A stretch of 64,000 nt of DNA from an uncultured Acidobacteriota bacterium (GTDB taxonomy: Bacteria > Acidobacteriota > Blastocatellia > RBC074). Under the pieces are notes generated by a model. That model made no database searches, was not told the origin of the DNA, and worked only from the letters and a program-made list of their open reading frames with translations. Shown piece after piece: positions 32,480 through 43,500 of this stretch. Numbering within the stretch: position 1 is the first letter of the stretch; every line of letters starts with the position of its first letter. The translations under genes were made by a program, and so were the position numbers. The stretch lies in contig CAWCKY010000001.1 of NCBI GenBank assembly GCA_963796275.1, positions 704,001-768,000 of the forward strand. Direction: 5' to 3'.

Positions 32480-33205
32480 ATGAAGCCGATTGCTACTTCA
32501 TCCATCCTCGGCGTGACCACGGTTGATCCTGGTGAAGACATCGCTGAGAAACGGTTAAAAATCAAACATATCATCCAGAATCTGGAAGCGACCTACGGGA
32601 TCCCATTCAATACTGACCCGAGTGATCCGCTCGATGAGCTGGTACTCACCATCCTTTCTCAATCGACGACCGATATCAATAGCCGGCGCGCTTTCGACGC
32701 CCTCAAGAAGCGCTTTCGAGATTGGGACACTGTCAGACGCGCGCGACCGGCGAGCATAGCTCTCGCGATCAAATCCGGCGGTTTGGCCAACACTAAATCC
32801 GTAGTGATAAAAAATGTGCTTAATCAGATATTGGCGCGCATCGGAAAACTGGACCTATCATTTTTACATCGAGCCCCGATCGATGAGGCGAGGGAGTTTC
32901 TCTTATCGCTAAAAGGTATCGGCCCCAAGACGGCCGCGTGCGTCCTTTTGTTCTCCGGCAATCGCCCGGTCTTTCCGATGGATACTCACATCCTTCGTAT
33001 CACCAGACGGCTCGGACTTGTCCCCCAAAAAACCAGCGACCAGGCAGCCCATAAAATTATGGAGTCTCTAATACCCCCAAAGAAACATTATTCCCTCCAT
33101 ATCAACCTAATACGTCACGGACGTAAAATCTGCCGCCCCCGAGACCCTCAATGCGGGGACTGTTCATTGCAAGAACAATGTGAATTTAATCAATTACATC
33201 TGTGA
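32480..33205 (+). CDS. nth: Endonuclease III family DNA glycosylase
   Basis: LVLTILSQ.TTD, HhH LKGIGPKTA, FPMDTH and 4Fe-4S motif C..RDPQC..C.L...C. Confidence 0.88.
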   Translation: MKPIATSSILGVTTVDPGEDIAEKRLKIKHIIQNLEATYGIPFNTDPSDPLDELVLTILSQSTTDINSRRAFDALKKRFRDWDTVRRARPASIALAIKSGGLANTKSVVIKNVLNQILARIGKLDLSFLHRAPIDEAREFLLSLKGIGPKTAACVLLFSGNRPVFPMDTHILRITRRLGLVPQKTSDQAAHKIMESLIPPKKHYSLHINLIRHGRKICRPRDPQCGDCSLQEQCEFNQLHL

Positions 33206-33461
33206 ATTTCACCTGCTATTCTAGAAATGAATTTAGCAAATATTGGGTAGTTGAATTTAATTTGATTGATTATATGTGACTTAAAGTAGATGGATAAAAA
33301 TGATTCATACTGTTTGATCGATTGTACCGTTTCCTATCATCTTTGATATGTGAAACAATGGGTGCGAGGGGTATGGAGCAACTGCCACAATCGATTTATC
33401 TCTGTTATAGCAATAGTTTAGCTATGCGAGTAGGGAAAAATACGGAGTCCGACCCCAGTAG

Positions 33462-33477
33462 TGGTACGGTCATTGCA
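33462..33477 (+). promoter_or_regulatory. Sigma-54 (-24/-12) promoter
   Basis: TGGTACGGTCATTGCA has correct GG-N10-GC spacing and differs from TGGCACG-N4-TTGCW at one position. AT-rich upstream region. Confidence 0.65.
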
Positions 33478-33487
33478 CTTGGTATAT

Positions 33488-33651
33488 GCCGACAAGCAAT
33501 GCTTCAGCAGTTTAGGTACTCAAATACGGAAGATGTTGGGGGACATCTGCAACTGTCGCGAATGTGATCGTTGTGCCGTATAGAGATAGGATGGCTGCTC
33601 GACTCCGCATAGTTCTTGGGGGAGGCTATACGGAATTGAGCAGCCATTCTA
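33488..33651 (+). ncRNA. Candidate structured sRNA or 5' leader with two UGGGGG-loop hairpins
   Basis: AGATGT-TGGGGG-ACATCT (33531-33548), and a long stem at 33587-33651 whose apex is CT-TGGGGG-AG. Lies directly downstream of the sigma-54 motif, with no convincing ORF. Confidence 0.45.
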
Positions 33652-33787
33652 GCATTTCAGCCCACGTTTTCAGCGCAACCAATATTTCACGATCACTTAC
33701 ATATACGACTAATTTTTCGGCCAAGCCGGTAATTTTCCCATCTAAGGTTCTGTATATCTTAAAACCAACAGATGCTTGGAGGAGATA

Positions 33788-35560
33788 ATGGTGAGACGAT
33801 TAATGAAGTATTGCTCATTACTACTGGCTTTCAGTCTTTCCTCACCCCTGGGTCTCGCTCAGGAGATGAATCAAAAGAGCAAAAAGACGGTTGCCAAATC
33901 CAGTCTGAAGAATTTAACAGAAGAACAGAAGGCGGGTCACCTGATCGACCGCATCACATTTGGGCCTCGCCCCGGCGACCTTGAGCGGGTGATGAAGATC
34001 GGTTGGAAAAAATATCTGGAAGATCAGCTCAATCCCGATCGCATATCCGACAAGGTAGTCGAAGAGAAGTTAAAATCTCTAGATAGCGTTCATATGAGCA
34101 ATCGTGAATTGGCGCAGAACTACGTCCGGCCTCAAGTAGTTAGAAAAGCGCTCAAGTCGCGGGGAATGGATTTGCCCGGCAATGGTGGTGCAGCGGAAGC
34201 AAACGGGGCAAATGGGGTAACCGAGGCAACCCAGAATCCGCAGCAGATGGAAGCAGATGTCAGGGACAAACGCCGCGAGGCTATGAAGGTCCTGGCTGAG
34301 ATGGGATACAAGCCGCAACAACAGGTCGTACTGGAGTTGCAGCAGGCTAAGATACTGCGAGCGGTATACAGCGAGAGACAGCTTCAGTCGGTGATGACAG
34401 ATTTCTGGCTTAACCACTTCAACGTCTACATTCAAAAGGGGCCTGTTCGTATACTCGCGACGTCATATGAGCGGGACGTCATCAGTCCGCGCGTATTCGG
34501 CAAGTTCGAAGACCTGCTGCGCGCTACGGCTGAAAGCCCGGCTATGCTCTTTTACCTCGATAATTGGCTGAGCGCCATGCCGAATGCGAAGATGCAGGAG
34601 CGTAATCTTCGGCGGCAGGGTATGGTCAACAATAAAGGCAAAATTCCCAAACGAATTCGGAACGGGCTGAACGAGAACTATGCTCGCGAGATAATGGAAT
34701 TGCATACGCTAGGCGTGGACGGAGGATATACGCAGAAGGATGTGCAGGAAGTCGCGCGCTGTTTCACCGGCTGGACGCTCCGCACCCCGCGCGCTGGCGG
34801 CGAATTCTTCTTCAATCCGAATATCCACGATGATGGTGAGAAGGTAGTGCTGGGCCAGAAGATTCCGGCCGGAGGCGGCATGAAAGACGGAGAGGCCGTG
34901 ATCGAGCTGCTTGCGCATCATCCATCGACTGCTAAATTTATCTCGACCAAGCTTGCGCGCAAGTTCGTATCGGACAATCCGCCTCGCTCACTGGTCGACA
35001 TGATGGCGAAAACCTTCTTGAAGACGGATGGGGACATTCGCGAAGTATTGCGCGCGATGTTCAATTCACAGGAGTTCTGGGCGCCGGAGAACTATCGCAC
35101 CAAGATCAAAACCCCGTTTGAAATGACCGTCAGTGCTGTGCGGGTGCTGCACGGAGATACCAATGGGAATCAGCCTTTCCATCGCTGGATGAGACAGATG
35201 GGCGAGGGACTATTTTTAGCCCAGCCGCCCACCGGTTATCCGGACACTTCGGAGCATTGGGTCAATACCGGCGCTCTGCTAGAACGTATGAATTTCGCAC
35301 TGGCCTTGAGCGCCAATAAAATTCCGGGGACCCGCGTCGATCTGGCAGCCCTCGACGGGGGAGGCTCCACGGCGGGGTCTGCAGAAATCGTCGATCGTTA
35401 TGTTAAGCTTTTATTGAGAGGTGAAATATCGCCGCAATCGCGTGCAACGATCGATAAGGCGCTGAGCGAACAGAAGGTCGCTGTCGGCAATCAACCTGGG
35501 GTTGATGTCGCCCGAATAGCCGGTCTGATCCTCGGCTCACCCGAATTTCAAAGGCAGTGA
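33788..35560 (+). CDS. DUF1800 family protein
   Basis: Signal peptide, RITFGPRPG, MTDFWLNHFNV, PAMLFYLDN, NENYAREIMELHTLG, YTQKDVQEVARCFTGW and SPEFQRQ. SD GGAGGAG. Confidence 0.92.
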   Translation: MVRRLMKYCSLLLAFSLSSPLGLAQEMNQKSKKTVAKSSLKNLTEEQKAGHLIDRITFGPRPGDLERVMKIGWKKYLEDQLNPDRISDKVVEEKLKSLDSVHMSNRELAQNYVRPQVVRKALKSRGMDLPGNGGAAEANGANGVTEATQNPQQMEADVRDKRREAMKVLAEMGYKPQQQVVLELQQAKILRAVYSERQLQSVMTDFWLNHFNVYIQKGPVRILATSYERDVISPRVFGKFEDLLRATAESPAMLFYLDNWLSAMPNAKMQERNLRRQGMVNNKGKIPKRIRNGLNENYAREIMELHTLGVDGGYTQKDVQEVARCFTGWTLRTPRAGGEFFFNPNIHDDGEKVVLGQKIPAGGGMKDGEAVIELLAHHPSTAKFISTKLARKFVSDNPPRSLVDMMAKTFLKTDGDIREVLRAMFNSQEFWAPENYRTKIKTPFEMTVSAVRVLHGDTNGNQPFHRWMRQMGEGLFLAQPPTGYPDTSEHWVNTGALLERMNFALALSANKIPGTRVDLAALDGGGSTAGSAEIVDRYVKLLLRGEISPQSRATIDKALSEQKVAVGNQPGVDVARIAGLILGSPEFQRQ

Positions 35561-35577
35561 AAAGCAGGGGGGAAGTT

Positions 35578-36849
<1,272 letters not shown>

Positions 36850-36863
36850 GCGAATACTGAATA

Positions 36864-36926
36864 AGAAACAAAGGCAAAGGAGCAAAGGCAACCAATATCC
36901 TTTCCTCTTTTGCCTTTTTGTATCTC
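36864..36926. terminator. A-rich/T-rich palindromic repeat between convergent genes; possible bidirectional terminator
   Basis: AGAAACAAAGGCAAAGGAGCAAAGG followed by CCTTTCCTCTTTTGCCTTTTTGTATCT. Confidence 0.45.
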
Positions 36927-37906
36927 TATAAACTGATATTCATTGCCTTCAGCAACCCTCGTCTGAACTCCAAAGCCCGTTGTTGACGATTCGCCGGATA
37001 TTTCTCGAGCGCCATTAGTATCTCCGCCTCGAGGACGATGTTTACCTTGGGATTCAGTGAGCGCAGTGAGGGTGGTCGTGAATTGAGCAGTTTCACTCCG
37101 AAATCGCCGATGTTCATTGCTGTGAACGGCGGCTGGCCTCCCAGCATCTCATATGCGATAACTCCGAGGCTGTAAATATCGGAACGCAAATCTACATCCT
37201 CTCCGCGAAACTGTTCCGGGCTGATATAGGTGGGCCGTGTCGGCATATGGCCCTTGCCCTGCAGTTTTGCCGTCATGCCCGGAACGAATGGTATTCCGGC
37301 TGCGATTTTGCTGACGCTGAAATCGACAATCTTGACGATCGGCATCGCCTGGTCAGTGGATGGAACGAGGATGATGCTTTCAGGTTTGAGGTCGCGATGA
37401 ACCAGGCCGCGCTCGTGTGCTGCGTGGAGCGCTTCGCAGACATTGGCGATTATTGCGATACCGTCTTTGACATCGAAAATGCGGGCTCGTTTCATCTCGC
37501 TGCGAAGTGAAGTCCCTTTTACATACTCGCTCACGACAAATGCGCTCGCATCGAATATCACTCCGAAATCATAAACGTCGCCGATTTGAGGGTGCTTGAA
37601 ATTGACCGCTATCTGCGCCTCGATGCGAAACCGGTCCTGAGCGCGCGGATCGGCCAGTGTGCTGGCGCGTATAATTTTTACGGCGACTTCCTTGCCGATT
37701 TTCATGTCGGTCGCAGCGAAGACTATCCCCATCGTTCCATGGCTGATGACCCGTTCTAGCCTGTAACGATGGTTGATTATGTAGGGAACCGTTTCGACGC
37801 TAATCAGTTCAACCAGACAATCGGCGCAGAACTGAACATTTGGAGGGTAACAGCGTTTGCACGAAACACACTCGGATACAATTTCAATCGGATCGTAAGC
37901 CGGCAT
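36926..37906 (-). CDS. Hanks-type Ser/Thr kinase-like protein with N-terminal zinc ribbon; degenerate motifs
   Basis: CVSC..CADC, RYRL, VAVKII, HRDLKPES, KIVDFS, YISPEQ and SDIYSLG. Start MPAYD at 37906. Confidence 0.85.
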   Translation of the reverse strand: MPAYDPIEIVSECVSCKRCYPPNVQFCADCLVELISVETVPYIINHRYRLERVISHGTMGIVFAATDMKIGKEVAVKIIRASTLADPRAQDRFRIEAQIAVNFKHPQIGDVYDFGVIFDASAFVVSEYVKGTSLRSEMKRARIFDVKDGIAIIANVCEALHAAHERGLVHRDLKPESIILVPSTDQAMPIVKIVDFSVSKIAAGIPFVPGMTAKLQGKGHMPTRPTYISPEQFRGEDVDLRSDIYSLGVIAYEMLGGQPPFTAMNIGDFGVKLLNSRPPSLRSLNPKVNIVLEAEILMALEKYPANRQQRALEFRRGLLKAMNISL

Positions 37907-38127
37907 TGCTCTCTCTCCTGAATTGGGGACCCCGCGGAGATTATCACAATTACCATACCACTGTGCAGGCTTGTGATGCCTTGCTGTCGAGGCTAGAATC
38001 ACGGCGATTTTAATCAGTAGTGCGAATCTGGATCAGCGGGCAACTCAATCGAGATCGCTTGCCACCGCATGAGTTACTGATTTAGCAAATAGTCCCATAA
38101 CCCATAACCCATAACCAGGAGAGATCA

Positions 38128-39003
38128 ATGACTGCTTGGACGAGGAGAGAATGGAATAAGCTTGCGCTCAGCTCGATGGCCGCTCTATTACTTCCAGTCG
38201 AAAGTCTGGCTGCGGATAAGCCCAATTCGATAGTCAAGGGTGTTCAGATAGGAGTTCAGAGCTACAGTTTTCGCGACCGCTCGCTCGATGAGGCGATCCA
38301 AGCGATGGTCGAAATCGGATTGAGCAGTTGCGAACTGTGGAGCGGTCACGTTGAACCCAAAGATTTGAAGCGCGAAGAGCGCCGCGACTGGCGATTATCG
38401 ACCCCAATCGGCGAATTCACAAAAATCGGAGAAAAGTTCAAGAATGCCGGTATAACTCTTTATGCTTACAACTACAGCTTCAAAGACGATTTCACCGACG
38501 AAGAGATCAAGCGCGGATTCGAAATAGCAAAAGCGATGGGCGCACGAGTGATCACCGCTTCTGCCAATGTCAATACCGCCAAGCGGATCGACGTTTACGC
38601 CAGGCAATTCAAGATGAAGGTCGGAATGCATAACCACTCAAATATAAAAGACAATGAATTCGCGACAGCCGAAGATTTCGCCAGAGCGATGGATGGCAAT
38701 TCCGAATATATTTGCATTAATCTCGATATCGGCCATTTCACAGCGGCAAATTTCGATGCCGTCGAGTATCTGCAAAAGCATCACTCCCGCATCGTCACAT
38801 TGCACATCAAGGACCGCAAGCGCGCCCAGGGCGATAACGTCCCCCTGGGCGAAGGCGATACACCGATTAAGCCGGTGCTCGAGTTATTGCAAAAGAACAA
38901 ATGGAAGATACCGGCCAACATCGAATATGAATACGGAGGCTCTGACACCGTGGCCGAGGTTAAAAAGTGTTTCGAGTTTTGTAAGCAAGCATTGGGAGCC
39001 TGA
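38128..39003 (+). CDS. Sugar phosphate isomerase/epimerase (xylose-isomerase-like TIM barrel), Tat-exported
   Basis: TRRE Tat-like signal, GVQSYSFR, MHNH, LDIGH, LHIKD and IEYE. Confidence 0.88.
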   Translation: MTAWTRREWNKLALSSMAALLLPVESLAADKPNSIVKGVQIGVQSYSFRDRSLDEAIQAMVEIGLSSCELWSGHVEPKDLKREERRDWRLSTPIGEFTKIGEKFKNAGITLYAYNYSFKDDFTDEEIKRGFEIAKAMGARVITASANVNTAKRIDVYARQFKMKVGMHNHSNIKDNEFATAEDFARAMDGNSEYICINLDIGHFTAANFDAVEYLQKHHSRIVTLHIKDRKRAQGDNVPLGEGDTPIKPVLELLQKNKWKIPANIEYEYGGSDTVAEVKKCFEFCKQALGA

Positions 39004-39073
39004 AGCTGGAATAGGGGGAAACAAGAAAGGCAAATATAGCAAGAATGATAAGAGAATGTTGGTAACCTTGGAT

Positions 39074-39241
39074 CTCGAGGGCCTGTCAATACCCAATATT
39101 TTTCGGTTTGCGCCGGAGGCGCAGCGGGATATTAGCCGGTGGTTCCGCGCGCTTCACCACCGGCTATATCCACCGCCCTTACCAGGGCGAAAAAGGATGA
39201 TCGCGAATCGCAAAAGATCTGGGTAATGACAATCTCTCGAG
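39074..39241. mobile_element. MITE-like element with REP-like core, nested in an A-rich/T-rich palindrome (39013-39328)
   Basis: Imperfect 30-bp terminal inverted repeats CTCGAGGGCCTGTCAATACCCAATATTTTT / AAAAGATCTGGGTAATGACAATCTCTCGAG. Core hairpins TGCGCCGGAGGCGCA and TAGCCGGTGGT..ACCACCGGCTA. Confidence 0.6.
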
Positions 39242-39385
39242 GGGAAGGGTTTCAGAATACTGTGTCCACAAAGTTTTTGATGGCGTGATAGTCTCAAAAT
39301 CTTTTTTGCCTTTTTTGTTTCTTTGCCTATCGCTAATCAAACCAGACGAGATCGGGACACCAATGTTCGTCGTTTCGGATTAGCA

Positions 39386-40336
39386 TCACGTGTTCTCGTT
39401 TTTCCCCTTCCTGTGCATCGCTGCTCTCGCATTTCGTTTCAGCCCCGCCAATTTCGCGCGCTTGATCGCGCTCTTGCGGAAGCGGGTGGAGAACTCTTCC
39501 TCTCTCATCTCGACGATTTCTTGAAGCCCCAGCGTCGGAAGGCCCGGACGCGGCATGAATCGCTCTTCCTCCGACATTTTGGAAAAGCGCGACCACGGGC
39601 AGACATCCTGGCAGATATCGCAGCCGAATACCCAATTCCCAAGGTTTGATTCGATAGTTTCGGGAAGGCTCTCTTCACGCAATTCGATAGTGCCGTAAGA
39701 GAGGCAACGCGTCGCGTCAAGCTGGTAGGGCTCAATGATGGCTTGCGTAGGACAAGCGTCAATACAAGCCCTGCATTTGCCGCAATGGTCGGCTTCCAAG
39801 TAATTGTCATAATCCAGTTCGAGTGACAGCAACAATTCGCCTAGGAACACCCAGGAACCGAACTCTTTAGTTATCAAATTTGTATGCTTGCCGATCCAAC
39901 CCATTCCGGCGCGCGCGGCCCACGCTTTGTCCATCATCGGCGAGGTGTCGACGCAGATTTTTCCCTCGACGTCAGGCCGTTCCTCTCGTATCCATGCGAG
40001 CAGGGCTTTCAATTTGTCACGCAGTACATCGTGATAATCGTCACCCCAGGCATAGCGCGAGATCTTTCCGGCCTCCGGTGAATCGAGGTGGGTCTCGGGC
40101 CGAAAGTAATTGAGCGCAACGCAGACGACCGATTTTGCGGATGGCATCAGCAGACGTGGATCGCTGCGTTGTTGAGGATTGCGTGCCATGTAGTCCATCT
40201 GCCCGTGGAACCCGCGTGCCAGCCATTCGCGCAGATTTTCGCCTTCCGCCGTTAAAGCGTCAGCCGGCACGATGCCTGCCTTATTGAAGCCCAGCGAATA
40301 GGCTTTTTGTTTTATTCCTTCTGAGTTCAATATCAA
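39386..40336 (-). CDS. queG: tRNA epoxyqueuosine(34) reductase
   Basis: ISRYAWGDDYH, VDTSP, GWIGKH, GSWVFLG, CGKCRACIDACPT and GCDICQDVCPW. Confidence 0.95.
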   Translation of the reverse strand: MILNSEGIKQKAYSLGFNKAGIVPADALTAEGENLREWLARGFHGQMDYMARNPQQRSDPRLLMPSAKSVVCVALNYFRPETHLDSPEAGKISRYAWGDDYHDVLRDKLKALLAWIREERPDVEGKICVDTSPMMDKAWAARAGMGWIGKHTNLITKEFGSWVFLGELLLSLELDYDNYLEADHCGKCRACIDACPTQAIIEPYQLDATRCLSYGTIELREESLPETIESNLGNWVFGCDICQDVCPWSRFSKMSEEERFMPRPGLPTLGLQEIVEMREEEFSTRFRKSAIKRAKLAGLKRNARAAMHRKGKNENT

Positions 40337-40526
40337 TTACCAGGCGAATTACCTGTGACGATCTGTCGGGTAACCTGCTTTTCATCTCCGACATATCAAA
40401 TTTACTTTAATTCATAAACAGCCAAACTTTTTTGCCAGCTTCCATTTTACATCTCATCTATAGCAGCTTAACATCTCTCAGCCTTTTAACGGCCGCCGTC
40501 CCCACGAATAAAAAAAGGATAGAGAA

Positions 40527-43500
40527 ATGGCTATTGTTTTCCACCGTTCGTCCTCTGCGCGATTGCGCTATCAGATTGCCGTAATAATCGCCCTGCTTCT
40601 TTCACTGATGGGTGTTGACTACATCTCGTCGCCGCCAAAAGTGCAAGGATTGTCAACCGGCATTGTCATCAGCCAGGTCTACGGCGGCGGCGGTAATAGC
40701 GGCGCTACATTTACCCATGATTTCATTGAGTTATACAACCGCGGCGCCTCTCCCATTAATATCAATGGCTGGTCGGTCCAATATGCGTCGGCGGCGGGAA
40801 CTTCATGGCAGGTTACGCCGTTGACCGATGTCACCATCCAACCGGGGCAATATTATCTGATACAGCAGGCACAGGGAGTAGGCGGCGCTGTCGGCTTACC
40901 GGTGCCCGATGCAACTGGAACGATAGCTATGAGCGCGACAGCCGGGAAGGTTGCATTGGTCAACAATGCAACCGCGCTGAGCGGGAGCGGGTGTCCCTTC
41001 GGCAGCAGCGTCGTCGATTTCGCAGGATATGGCACAACCGCCATTTGCTTCGAGGGAAGTGGGCCGACCGCCGCTCTGACCAATACGACGGCGGCTATCA
41101 GAGGCGCGAACAGTTGCGCGGAGACTGACAATAATGATGTCGATTTCTCGACTGGATCTCCGACGCCGCGCAATACTGCTTCACCGGTCATACCTTGCGG
41201 AGGCTCGGCCAATCCGGTTGGAACAGGAGCGGCAAACCCGAACCCGGTTCTTCAAGCGAGTTCAACGCTTCTTACGGTTGCCGTGATATCCGGATTCAAT
41301 CCCCCGAGCACTGGAATCGCGGTCACCGGCGACCTCGCTACAATCGGAGGGTTGTCGATGCAGACATTCTTCGACGATGGGACGAACGGGGATGCAACAG
41401 CGGGCGACCTGTTGTTCTCGTTTCGCGCCACTGTCCAGGGCATTACTGCTCCCGGGTTGAAAGTTTTGCCTATAACCATCAGCGATGCGCAATCGCGGAC
41501 CGGTATGGCTTCGATTTCGCTTAGCGTTCAGGGGCCGGCGCAGGTAGTCATCAGCCAGGTTTATGGCGGCGGTGGTAATAGCGGCGCTACACTCACCAAT
41601 GATTTCATAGAGATATTCAACCGGGGCATGTCATCTGTCGATCTAACCGGCTGGTCGCTTCAATTCACTACGGCCACCGGAGCAGGCACTTGGCAGGTTA
41701 CCCCTCTCACCGGGATAATCGCGCCGGGTCAATATTATCTGGTGCAGGAAGCTGCGGGGGCGGGAGGAACGACGGGATTACCCGCACCGGATGCCATCGG
41801 AACGATACCCGTTGGCTCGACGGCCGGCAAGGTAGCTCTGGTCAACAGTACAACGGCCCTGACTGGCAGCGGGTGCCCGTTCAACGCGAGTGTTGTCGAT
41901 TTTATCGGATATGGCAGTACGAGTTGCTCCGAGAGTGGAAGCCCCGCGCCGGAGTTGACCAACACCACCGCTGCGCTGCGCGCGCGCCGAGGATGCCGCG
42001 ATACGAATAACAACCTGGTGGACTTTTCCTCAAGCATGCCTAATCCGCGAAATAGCGCATCCCCGGTTAACGATTGCTCGCTGGCTCCGCCCCTGTTCGC
42101 TATTCATGCGATACAAGGCGCAGGGGCGGGCAGCCCCTTGGCCGGCCAGGAGATAACGGCGACTGGAATCGTTACCGCGCGCAAGTCCAACGGCTTTTTT
42201 ATGCAAACGGCGGATGCTGAGGCTGACTCCAACCCCAATACATCACAAGGTATCTTCGTATTCACCTCGGGAACGCCGGCAGTCGCGGTTGGCGATTCCG
42301 TATCGGTTGTGGGAACCGCGACAGAATTCTTCAATCTGACCCAAATCAGCAGCTCAAACCTGGACGTGACGGTCATTTCGCGTATGAATGAACTGCCGCA
42401 GCCCATTATATTCACGACTTCTATATTGAACCCATCCGGGCCGCTCGATCAGATCGAGAGATTTGAGGGTATGCGAATTTCCGCTCCCTCGCTCGTCTCG
42501 ATCACGCCGACCAATGCTTTCGGAGAGATATTCACAGTGCTCAGCGGCGTCCCTCGTCCGTTGCGTGAGCCCGGCATCGATATATCACTTTCGCTGCCTG
42601 CCGGCTCCCCCTGTTGTATACCTCGGTTTGATGAAAACCCGCAGCGATTGATGGTCGATACCGAAGGGCAGATCGGGATGACGCCTCTCGTGGTAACTTC
42701 GGGCGTGACTTTGACAGGTGTCACGGGGCCGCTCGACTTCGCATTCGGCGATTACAAAGTATTGCCCGATGAGACGCCGATCGTCACAGCTAACCTCAGT
42801 GCCATTCCCGTGCCCATCCCCAGCAACAACGAATTCACGGTCGGTTCAACCAACCTGCTCAATTTCTTTTCAACCAATTCGAATTTTGCGCTCCGATTGA
42901 ATAAAGCCTCGCTCGCTATCCGCAATGTGATGCGTTCCCCCGACATCATAGGAGTCGAGGAGATAGGGGATATCGAGACCCTGACCGCCCTGGCGGACAA
43001 GATCAACGCCGATACGGTAGCGGCGGGCGGGATTGATCCTAATTACCGGGCATATTTGCTTGAAGGCGTTGATTTGTTCTCGGATGACATCGACGTCGGG
43101 TTCCTGGTTAAATCGACGAGGGTCGACGTCGTGAGTGTAATGCAGGAGGGCAAGGGCCTGACATTCACCGATCCGACGGAAGGTGATGAGGACACTCTGT
43201 TCGAGCGGCCGCCCTTGATTTTACGCGCAAACGTGAGATCACCCGGAGGTTCTCTTTTCCCGGTTACGGTGATCGTCAATCATATGCAATCTTTGATCGG
43301 TGTCGATGATCCGGTGGAAGGACCGCGGCAGCGGTTGAAGAGGAAGTTGCAGGCGGAGTTCACTGCAGACCTGGCACAGAGCCTGCAGGGCGAGAACCTC
43401 GTGCTGATCGGTGATTTCAATTCGTTCCAATTCAACGATGGTTATGTTGATGTGCTCGGTACGATCAAAGGGATGCCGGCGCCATCCGATCAGGTGTTGC

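Noticed and set aside
33322-33788. Short ORFs of 81 and 74 aa in the nth-DUF1800 gap
   Set aside because: Non-ATG starts, no SD and no motifs; the region is better explained by a promoter and RNA structure.
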